Shown piece by piece: positions 56,512 to 64,000 of a DNA stretch of 64,000 bases. Both the position numbers and the translations under genes were made by a program. Below the pieces are notes generated by a model. It did not search any database. It had not been told where the DNA came from and was given only the letters and a program-made list of their open reading frames with translations. Each line of letters begins with the position of its first letter. Position 1 is the first letter of the stretch. Origin of the DNA: a virus; the IMG/VR virus record IMGVR_UViG_3300017971_000007. One strand, written 5' to 3'.

Positions 56512-59454
56512 ATGCACACTAAACTCTGCAATTATAGACCATTCGATGATCACGGCCAGCAGGTCCTAACAATCCTTCACCATCCGGACCAACTCCATCA
56601 TTCGTATATGGATAAGCTGGCCGCTCCCTACCTTCCACAGGTAAGGGAATTCATCGATAGGTTAAAACCTGACCCAAAGTCCATCTACGCTCTAATTAAT
56701 GCACTGGGAGCGTTTGAATATTATTCCAGCAACATCAACGGCGACGCATTCGAAGAAGAGATGTTGATGCACTCAGGCCCGATATACGGGTACGAGACAT
56801 TCGTTCATTATGCGAAGCCGTTCATGCACCATTGTTTTAGGGCAGGGACAGAAGTAGTGATGGGTGATCGGATAAGGAAGCCTATCGCTCTAATCAAATC
56901 CGGAGAATTAGTAGAAACGAGATTAGGCCCTCGCCCGGTTAAACGTTCTATAAGCCGCCATTACAGCGGACCAGGTGTTCGACTATCTTTATCGGGAGTG
57001 GAAGAAGATATAGAGGGAAGCTGGGACCATCCTGTTTTTGTTTTTCAGCGGGATCAAATACATTGCTCACATAAGTACTCCAGACTCAGACCAGAGCAAC
57101 GTCATTTCGAAGAGTACCCATCATGTCTTGACAAGATTTCCCTGTCTCTAAAAGAAATCCCATTAGGAGAAGTACTTCCCGGAGACTATATGGTGTTTCC
57201 TCGTCCGCAGTTGGGAGGCGAGCAGATTCCGGACGAATTCGCAGAATTAGTCGGTTGGGTAGCATCTGAAGGATACTGTGCGGGACAGCGAGGCATGATT
57301 CAGTTCACGTTCTGCGAATTTAATCACGAGGATATAAAATCTGTCAGTGATTGTCTGAAGAACAATGGGCTGAATGTTACCAAGACTGACATACCAGATA
57401 AAGAGCAGGTAGTTTTATCGTCCTGGTCGGTTGAATTGTGGGACAGACTTCAAGAGTATGTCGTGGGCGTGAAATCTGAGAAGCATCTAACTGGAAGAGT
57501 TCTGTCGTGGAATGAGCGCGCCATAAAACTTTTATTGGGAGTTTATATTGACGGTGACGGGCATGTCCCTAAAAAAGGAAGAAACGAAGGGCAATTAAGG
57601 ATTCGATCCTCTTCCCAGCAAATGTTAAAGGTCTTATCCGACATAATACGGGCGCTGGGAATTCCCACTACTATTCAATGGGACCAAAAACCTGGATATA
57701 GAACATTTCCGAACGGGAAAACTTATTGGTGTAGCGGCAGTGGAACAGTTACGGTGACTCCACAATTCTCCCAGGAGATAACACTATATTCTAGGAAATA
57801 TTATATCAAAGACATGAAAGTTTTTAGGCCGCGTCCAGTTATAGGTAACTTTTTCCTGGTACGTGTTACTGGGAAAGAAGATACCTTTCTGGACGAGGAC
57901 TTATACAATCTTGAGGTTGATGACGTTCCAGAATATGTGGCCGGGGAAGTACTAGTCCATAACTGTAATAAGGGACCGGATGCCAGGGTGTTCGGCTCTG
58001 TGGAATTAAGTTGCTGGAATCCGAACATGCATCGGGTAGAGGTCGTAGCAAGACTCGACAGACAAATGGCTGAACTAGCCAACGCCCAGAGGGTAATTGA
58101 TAAGATAGACCATGGAGAGCTCCCAGAAACTAGCATGGGGGCGAAGGTCCTATTCGATCTCTGTTCTATCACCACCGACTGGGACGAGTATAAGAAGGCC
58201 TTAGCGACGTACAACCCAAATGTTCATAGACATCCTGGTTTTGCTGTCCTTCATTACCACAAAACAAAACGTCCTATACAAGGACTAGCCATAGACAAGG
58301 ATGAATGGACAGACATCTTTAAGACCAGAAGGAATGATATTCTTCCTGATGGCAGGAAAGTGTTTGTCTATAATCCATATCCACGATTCTTTGACATCAG
58401 TTTCGTCTTTATAGGCGCAGAAAAAACTTCGAAGGTAATGGCGAAACTAGCTTCTAGAGGATTCATATCCGTTCCAAGAAATCTTCCGCCAGTCTCCGAG
58501 TACACAGATAAATCCTATGGATTCGAGAAATCAGCATCTGTAGAAGGGGCCAGAAATTTACTCAAAGAGTTCAAGAAAAAAGCCTCACAACTAAAAAGCG
58601 CAGAGCATACAAAAAGGATTGTACCGTCCCAGTTTGGGGACAAAGCAGTTAGCTTAATTGAAAGGGCGGAACCTGATTTGCCGAGGCAATTTCTGGATAT
58701 GATGTCTGAACATCCACTTCAGGAATCCCTGTCAACCCCATGTATGGCCGGCATTACCCTGAAGCCGAAAGAGTTCCAGAGAATTGTCATTATGAGAATC
58801 GGGAACAGGGATATGGCCGATGAGTTGGATAGGGAAAATTGCGTTTTCAGAAAAGTAGATGATGTCGACAAATCGGTTCAAATCGGTCCCCAACACATCA
58901 ACGATCAAATTGCCGAAATGTTGAAGGGGTTGATTGAAGGGAGAAGCGCTTTCGGACCTGTCCTAAAAAGAAGGATGATTAAGATAGTCATCCATGGAAC
59001 CCCTGAAGAAGAACAGGAACCGAGAGAAGTCGAAGACAAGCTCCTTGATAAGATATCCGCCGCGTATAACGGGTACAGAGAGAATGTGATTGAGAAAATC
59101 TCTAGCTTGAGCGGAGAACTTCACAGGTATCCAAATTTGAGGTCTGAGATATATGGAAGGGACCTCACGGACATGTTCTCGAAAACCGCATCCCAACAAT
59201 CGAAAGAATATGAGGATATGTTGGGAGCAGTACCCGCTACTTATTTGATGACTGTCTTCGCCAGAAGACAGATGCAGAAAGATTTGAAGGCCGGAAGAGA
59301 ACCGGATATCCTTACTCAGTTATACGCAGATTATCCACAGTTAGCTAATACTGTGGTAGGTTTAACAGCGTTGAAAGCATCTGGCACATCAGTACCAGAT
59401 GAAGTAATAGCCACAGCAATTAATGCTGGTGAGAACTTGGTACAAAGTAAATAG
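56512..59454 (+). CDS. Prohead (capsid maturation) serine protease with an intein and a long C-terminal extension
   Basis: NINGDAF...YETF...PFMHH|CN...G.V...SMG.....CS...FFDISFV..GAE matches assemblin/HK97-type proteases; located upstream of scaffold-like genes and MCP. Confidence 0.8.
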   Translation: MHTKLCNYRPFDDHGQQVLTILHHPDQLHHSYMDKLAAPYLPQVREFIDRLKPDPKSIYALINALGAFEYYSSNINGDAFEEEMLMHSGPIYGYETFVHYAKPFMHHCFRAGTEVVMGDRIRKPIALIKSGELVETRLGPRPVKRSISRHYSGPGVRLSLSGVEEDIEGSWDHPVFVFQRDQIHCSHKYSRLRPEQRHFEEYPSCLDKISLSLKEIPLGEVLPGDYMVFPRPQLGGEQIPDEFAELVGWVASEGYCAGQRGMIQFTFCEFNHEDIKSVSDCLKNNGLNVTKTDIPDKEQVVLSSWSVELWDRLQEYVVGVKSEKHLTGRVLSWNERAIKLLLGVYIDGDGHVPKKGRNEGQLRIRSSSQQMLKVLSDIIRALGIPTTIQWDQKPGYRTFPNGKTYWCSGSGTVTVTPQFSQEITLYSRKYYIKDMKVFRPRPVIGNFFLVRVTGKEDTFLDEDLYNLEVDDVPEYVAGEVLVHNCNKGPDARVFGSVELSCWNPNMHRVEVVARLDRQMAELANAQRVIDKIDHGELPETSMGAKVLFDLCSITTDWDEYKKALATYNPNVHRHPGFAVLHYHKTKRPIQGLAIDKDEWTDIFKTRRNDILPDGRKVFVYNPYPRFFDISFVFIGAEKTSKVMAKLASRGFISVPRNLPPVSEYTDKSYGFEKSASVEGARNLLKEFKKKASQLKSAEHTKRIVPSQFGDKAVSLIERAEPDLPRQFLDMMSEHPLQESLSTPCMAGITLKPKEFQRIVIMRIGNRDMADELDRENCVFRKVDDVDKSVQIGPQHINDQIAEMLKGLIEGRSAFGPVLKRRMIKIVIHGTPEEEQEPREVEDKLLDKISAAYNGYRENVIEKISSLSGELHRYPNLRSEIYGRDLTDMFSKTASQQSKEYEDMLGAVPATYLMTVFARRQMQKDLKAGREPDILTQLYADYPQLANTVVGLTALKASGTSVPDEVIATAINAGENLVQSK
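56833..57963 (+). mobile_element. Intein in the prohead protease (377 aa) with a LAGLIDADG domain
   Basis: CFRAGTEV...SWDHP...LYNLEV..EYVAGEVLVHN/C; VGWVASEG and LGVYIDGDG. Confidence 0.93.
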
Positions 59455-59533
59455 ATGTGAGAATATCGATGGTAGACGGTAAAGGATTTGATGCCTTAAT
59501 GATCTCGTCACCAACTCAAACAGGAGAAAAGAA

Positions 59534-60334
59534 ATGAACGATTTTTTAGCTCAACTGTACAGCACGAACGAGATCATTAACCCCCCAAGCAAGGAAGAGC
59601 TTGAAAAACAAGCAAGCGCCGAGTTCCTTTGCAAGCTGGCAGCGGATGAAGGCGTCGACCTGAACACGTTGTCGGATGCGCAGATTTCAGAGCTCCTCCA
59701 AGAGGTGGAGAAATCGGCGTCACAACAACCGCAACAACCCAACGAGGTTGACAAAGAGGCCGCCGATAAAATGGCCGAGGCCGATTTCCTTGGACGGGCA
59801 ATGGCTCATGCCTATGTCAACGAGCTCAACGAAATCGAGAAAGAAGCCGGTAAAGCCCAGGACGCGTATCAGGCGGTCAAAGGCGCGCTCGGCAAAGCTG
59901 GGAAAGCGGCTGGAGAGTGGACAGGATTGAGTGGCATTAGGTCTGGAGCGAGACAGCGAGCAGCCGGGAAAAGATTAGCCCAGCTTGGAAAGACCAGGGG
60001 ACAGTCTGATATCGGCGTGGCTGCCGCAGAACGAGCCGGAAAAGCTGCGGCTGGTAAAATTGGGAAGGGGTCGGAGGAGATGAAAGCCGGTCTTAAGAGA
60101 CTTGGAATGAGAGTCGGCCTTCCAGCTGCTGGTTTGGCGGCTGCCGGTGTCGGGGCAAAAGCACTCGGGAGCGAGAAAAAATCCTATAACGAACAAATCG
60201 AAGAACTGGCCCAAGAACGCGCCTATCAGATGTTAGATGAAGCCGGTCTTCTCGAAAAACAAGCTTCTAATGACGTCGAACTTCGAGCTCTCCAGCTTCT
60301 CGAACAAGCCGGATACGATGTAAACTGGGGTTAA
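59534..60334 (+). CDS. Scaffold/internal head protein with repeated EKxA motifs
   Basis: EKQAS, CKLAA, EKSAS, DKEAA, DKMAE, EKEAG, EKQAS. Confidence 0.6.
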   Translation: MNDFLAQLYSTNEIINPPSKEELEKQASAEFLCKLAADEGVDLNTLSDAQISELLQEVEKSASQQPQQPNEVDKEAADKMAEADFLGRAMAHAYVNELNEIEKEAGKAQDAYQAVKGALGKAGKAAGEWTGLSGIRSGARQRAAGKRLAQLGKTRGQSDIGVAAAERAGKAAAGKIGKGSEEMKAGLKRLGMRVGLPAAGLAAAGVGAKALGSEKKSYNEQIEELAQERAYQMLDEAGLLEKQASNDVELRALQLLEQAGYDVNWG

Positions 60335-60350
60335 TCTAATCTAGCTTATG

Positions 60351-60379
60351 GATGGGGAGAGCGTGCTCTCCCCATCTTT
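60351..60379 (+). terminator. GC-rich hairpin (weak terminator or mRNA stabiliser)
   Basis: GATGGGGAGAG-cgtg-CTCTCCCCATC followed by TTT. Confidence 0.55.
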
Positions 60380-60388
60380 AGAGACAAA

Positions 60389-60670
60389 ATGATAGACGGA
60401 ATTTCAAAATCTGCTTTCTTTGACGAACTGGAGAAAATTTCTGCAGATATCGCACATTCTATTAGCGGTACACAGAGCGAAGTTCCGACTAAGCCTGGAG
60501 AGATAAAGCCTCCAATAAGTCCGGTTAAACTAAAAGCTAAAGTGATTAATCCTGCTACTAAGAAGGGGTTAAACACAAACTATACGAGATCTAACGTAGA
60601 GGCACCGGGTACAGATATCAGCGTTGGGATGAACGCCAAAATGGCCCCTCCGCCGCCCGTTAGGTACTAG
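60389..60670 (+). CDS. 93-aa Pro-rich protein with an AFFDELEKISA tag
   Basis: Tag almost identical to those at 10183 and 11547. Confidence 0.7.
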   Translation: MIDGISKSAFFDELEKISADIAHSISGTQSEVPTKPGEIKPPISPVKLKAKVINPATKKGLNTNYTRSNVEAPGTDISVGMNAKMAPPPPVRY

Positions 60671-60678
60671 GAGAGAAC

Positions 60679-61737
60679 ATGAAACTTACTCTTCAACAAA
60701 TGATTGCTAGCGCAATTGAAGAGGCTAACGAAAGGGATAAGCTGGCCCAGGCAGAAGAGGAAAACGGAAGTAAGCAGGAAGGGAAGAACGGAGAGGGTAA
60801 AAACGGAGAAGAGAAAAAGAAGGAAGAAAAGAAATCCGTTGACTCTGAAACTGTGGAAAAGACGGCCTCGGCGCTAGAATATATTCTAGGGAATATCAAG
60901 CATATCAATTGGGAGAAAACTGCCAGCGGTATCCAGCTCCCACCACAAAAACCGAATGCGCCGGAGCCGACTGTCGGGGCCGGAATAGGAGAGACGGCGA
61001 CTCCAACAAATATGGGAACACCGACTCCGGGGATGCAGAATTATGACCTCGGAGCTGCCAATAATCAATTATCGAGCGGCTCACCAAAAGATGATGCGGC
61101 GAAAGAGGATGGACAAGTTAACCCTCAAACGTCTATTCAGACCGATATGAAACATGTTCCAGGTGGAACCGGTGAGCAAGCTCAGCTTGTCGAGAATTCC
61201 AAAATCTCCACCGTAAGGAAATTTTGGAATATGAGGAAACAGGCAGAAGATGCAGTGAATCCGGCTAAAGTAAGTGCCGGCTCGGAGCCTCTAGAGAATC
61301 CGAATGCATCAGCGTCTGAAGAAAACGTCCCTCCTTCACCTCCAGCAAAAAATGCTCAAGAGTCGATGATTTCTTCGAACGAGGCAGCCATAAATTACAC
61401 CAAGGGAGATGCAAAAGCGCAGCCCAAAAAGGAGATGGGTCAGGTCCTAAATGAACCGGCCCAGACGAAATCCACGGACCCGGTTTTGCAGAATAACTTG
61501 GACGCTGCTTCATCTGCTGGAGTAAAAATTTCCTCGGTCAGGATTCAGGCATTCCGGAAATATATCCAGAAATTAGCACAGGCCGAAAAGGATGGAACCC
61601 TGACCGATGAAGAGAAGGAGAGACTCCAGAAGGTGAAAGACGCGATGGGGAAAAACGGCAAGGAGAAGCAGAGTCAGGGGATGCTCCCATCTCCAACTCC
61701 ACAGACTCCGATGATGCCGGGAACGACGGGATTCTAG
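60679..61737 (+). CDS. Largely disordered scaffold-like protein
   Basis: EKTAS twice, KLAQ twice, RKQA; P/Q/N-rich. Confidence 0.55.
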   Translation: MKLTLQQMIASAIEEANERDKLAQAEEENGSKQEGKNGEGKNGEEKKKEEKKSVDSETVEKTASALEYILGNIKHINWEKTASGIQLPPQKPNAPEPTVGAGIGETATPTNMGTPTPGMQNYDLGAANNQLSSGSPKDDAAKEDGQVNPQTSIQTDMKHVPGGTGEQAQLVENSKISTVRKFWNMRKQAEDAVNPAKVSAGSEPLENPNASASEENVPPSPPAKNAQESMISSNEAAINYTKGDAKAQPKKEMGQVLNEPAQTKSTDPVLQNNLDAASSAGVKISSVRIQAFRKYIQKLAQAEKDGTLTDEEKERLQKVKDAMGKNGKEKQSQGMLPSPTPQTPMMPGTTGF

Positions 61738-61746
61738 GAGGTAATA

Positions 61747-62127
61747 ATGGAAAAAATCAGCTCAACAAAAGTCGCCGCCGTGCTTGCAGCTGTTCCCGGA
61801 ATGTTGCGGTCTCTCAAGAATGAGCGGGACCAGCTTCGAGAGAAAACTGCTTCTCTGGAAAATGAGTTAAACCAGTACAAACAGCAAATGAGAATCGATA
61901 ATCTGGCAAAAGAGGCTGAACAGAAGGGAATCGATGTCTGGGGAGCGACTCATGCAGATAAAGTAGCAGCGATTCAAGAGAGAGTCTCCAGCGGGAACGA
62001 CATCGCTGTGTTGGAAGAAGCTATCAAGCTGTCTTCTCCGCAATACAAGATGGGGAGTCTTTCTGAGGATAAACTAGAAAACACTGGCTCACAGCTGGAA
62101 GCTTATCTAAGCGGGGCTATTGAATAG
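61747..62127 (+). CDS. Coiled-coil scaffold-like protein
   Basis: MEKISS, EKTAS; coiled coil; ends LEAYL. Confidence 0.55.
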   Translation: MEKISSTKVAAVLAAVPGMLRSLKNERDQLREKTASLENELNQYKQQMRIDNLAKEAEQKGIDVWGATHADKVAAIQERVSSGNDIAVLEEAIKLSSPQYKMGSLSEDKLENTGSQLEAYLSGAIE

Positions 62128-62141
62128 TTTAGGAGATAAAA

Positions 62142-62579
62142 ATGCCAAACGTTAGAATCTACACTCCGGTGGAGAAGATCTTCATCAAGGATTTGGTGAT
62201 GGCAGACAGGACCCTCCTTCGACCATCCAACTCAAATCCGTTGGTGGAGGGAGAATTTCTGGAGCTCGACGCCAATTATAAGGCCATTCGGTCTGGAGGA
62301 GATGCTCTCTCTTTCATGTTCTGGGCAGAAAAAGGTCGCTCAGACACCCAAGCAATCGGCAAAGTACCTACCTTGTACATGGGCGGATACGAGGCCGATA
62401 CCATCGTCTATGACTCCACGGCTTTGGGTTTGGGTAATGCGTTGATGGTGGATGATGTATCATTCGAATCCCTGACCCGCTCTGGCTTGAAAAAGCATGG
62501 TGGCGGGGACGAGCTCGTTATCGGATACGTAACCAGGGTTCTGTCAGACAGAGTCCGGTTCATGCAAGTCTTGGTCTAA
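62142..62579 (+). CDS. Probable capsid decoration (cement) protein
   Basis: 145 aa, beta-rich, immediately upstream of MCP. Confidence 0.55.
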   Translation: MPNVRIYTPVEKIFIKDLVMADRTLLRPSNSNPLVEGEFLELDANYKAIRSGGDALSFMFWAEKGRSDTQAIGKVPTLYMGGYEADTIVYDSTALGLGNALMVDDVSFESLTRSGLKKHGGGDELVIGYVTRVLSDRVRFMQVLV

Positions 62580-62594
62580 TTAAAGGAGAAAATA

Positions 62595-63716
62595 ATGGAA
62601 GCTCAATTAATGAACGAACTCTTCTCCCAAAGATTAGACAGCCATGAAGGCAGGGAGAAGGTTGCCCAATACAGCGGGAACTACATTCGTGATAAGCTGC
62701 GTGAAGTCAGCTATGCTCGTCAGATTATCCCACCAGAAGATGTGACGGCCAAGGACTGTCAGGTCAGTGTAAATCACGATACTCTCGTCAAGATCATCGA
62801 AGTCGAGCCCCAATCTCGGGCCATGGCAATCACATTCCGTGGAAGCCCTGACGCCAGATTCATCCGAGCACCGAGAGCAGAAGTTCCGTTCTTCACCATC
62901 GCTTCCGAGAAATTCGAGAAGACGGAAGAGGAACTTCTCGCCTACACCATGCCCGTGACCAAAATCATAGAGGACAATACGGCCAAAGATATGGAAGAGG
63001 TGGAAGACCGAGAATTCACAATCCATATTGAAGCCGCCGTACAAGCCCTTCAGGCCGAAGCAAATGGTGTGGCCGCAGCCCCCATTCTTAACGCAACCAC
63101 TCTTCAGGGAGCCACCCCTCCAGTTGAGTTCTCTGTCCGTAAGGGCGAGCTGGCCAGAGCAGCCACGACCAATGGTTCAGTTCCATTACCAGTCCAACGG
63201 CCTGATTTCGTGAATTTGTTCAAAATGCTGGACAATAACCGACTTCGTTGTGCCTTGGTTCTGATCGCTGAAGGTGATTGGGACGATGTCTTGCAGTGGA
63301 CTGTCGAGGACTTCGGCGACAAATTCCAGTCAGAGACAGCGGTTGATGGATACAAGTACAATACCCTTTTGGGCCGTGCTTATGTCCGAACCATCAAAAC
63401 CGATATTCTCCGTCCAGGGAATTTGTACGCGTTCACCAAACCCGAGTTCTTAGGGAAATTCTTTGTCTTGTCGAAGGCCAAGTTCTACATCGACAAGATT
63501 ATGAATCTCATCACATGGGCGTCCTGGGAAACGATTGCCATGGCGATTGTTAATATCGCGTCCGTGAGAAAGCTGGAGCTCTACTCCGGAGACGCGACCT
63601 TGAACGATAACGATGGAATTCTGTCTTCGGTCATCCCTGTGGCTGAAGAAGAGCTCGGCGCTGTCAATAACAAGGTCGAGGAAGGTCTGCATTACCCGGC
63701 TGTCGAGATGTACTAG
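62595..63716 (+). CDS. Major capsid protein (HK97 fold)
   Basis: 373 aa. IRDKLREVSYARQII...VPFFTIAS...KDMEEVEDREF recalls the capsid proteins of Bxz1-like large myoviruses (from memory, not a search). Position after protease, scaffold and decoration genes fits. Confidence 0.8.
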   Translation: MEAQLMNELFSQRLDSHEGREKVAQYSGNYIRDKLREVSYARQIIPPEDVTAKDCQVSVNHDTLVKIIEVEPQSRAMAITFRGSPDARFIRAPRAEVPFFTIASEKFEKTEEELLAYTMPVTKIIEDNTAKDMEEVEDREFTIHIEAAVQALQAEANGVAAAPILNATTLQGATPPVEFSVRKGELARAATTNGSVPLPVQRPDFVNLFKMLDNNRLRCALVLIAEGDWDDVLQWTVEDFGDKFQSETAVDGYKYNTLLGRAYVRTIKTDILRPGNLYAFTKPEFLGKFFVLSKAKFYIDKIMNLITWASWETIAMAIVNIASVRKLELYSGDATLNDNDGILSSVIPVAEEELGAVNNKVEEGLHYPAVEMY

Positions 63717-63822
63717 GTCTCGGCTTCTTCAATTTAGTCTGGTCGTGCCAGCGACCCGCTGATTGGAGGAAACAACTTCTCACTTACAACCTACTGTAGG
63801 ATAATAAATCCAGGAGATGCTT

Positions 63823-64000
63823 ATGCCTGATAAGAAGAGATTTACCATCAGGAATGTTGTAGGGAGCATTAACGGCAAAATGGCTAGAGTGACTGCTCCA
63901 ACAAGACAACGTTTCAAACAATATGTCTGCGGTGCGCGACTACTCCGCGGACAGTCTGTGAAGGTAAGCTACTCACAGATAGAAACTGAGCTTGCCTCAA
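63823..64000 (+). CDS. Hypothetical protein, 3'-truncated by the window edge
   Basis: AGGAG RBS; MPDKKRFTIRNVVGS... is open to the end. Confidence 0.6.
   Translation, partial: MPDKKRFTIRNVVGSINGKMARVTAPTRQRFKQYVCGARLLRGQSVKVSYSQIETELAS

Noticed and set aside
63717-63822. Structured ncRNA or riboswitch after the capsid gene
   Set aside because: Only short 5-bp stems are present and no recognisable family motif; an Infernal/Rfam search would be needed.
1-64000. Stop-codon reassignment
   Set aside because: Long genes are intact in code 11, and TAA, TAG and TGA all end genes at sensible boundaries.

Overview
This window is a 64-kb segment of a large tailed dsDNA phage (contractile-tail features, standard genetic code; no rRNA, tRNA or CRISPR seen). 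Layout: (1) 1-13.5 kb, + strand: baseplate/tail proteins, a beta-helix tailspike and a lysis-like membrane gene group interrupted by two effector-like genes (a YugP-like Zn peptidase and an inorganic-pyrophosphatase-like domain protein). (2) 13.6-29.5 kb, - strand: one long replication/recombination operon (SF2 helicase, UDG, DUF932, DnaB-like helicase, primase, SSB-like protein, PolA, RecA, two resolvases, Cas4-like nuclease). (3) 29.6-64 kb, mostly + strand: head module (portal, TerL with two inteins, prohead protease with an intein, scaffold-like proteins, major capsid protein), containing a single-polypeptide beta-beta' RNA polymerase with an intein directly after NADFDGD. The most notable signals are: a shared (F/Y)xxEL(E/T)Kx(A/S) tag and recurrent K-x-A/S motif on more than a dozen otherwise unrelated proteins, suggesting a capsid cargo-loading/maturation code; an RNAP intein lacking the usual catalytic residues; a G-GGA-AAG -1 frameshift cassette outside the tail genes; and a conserved AAAA-N16/17-TATAAG promoter ahead of three minus-strand units. 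All family assignments come from reading motifs by eye; no database searches were run.
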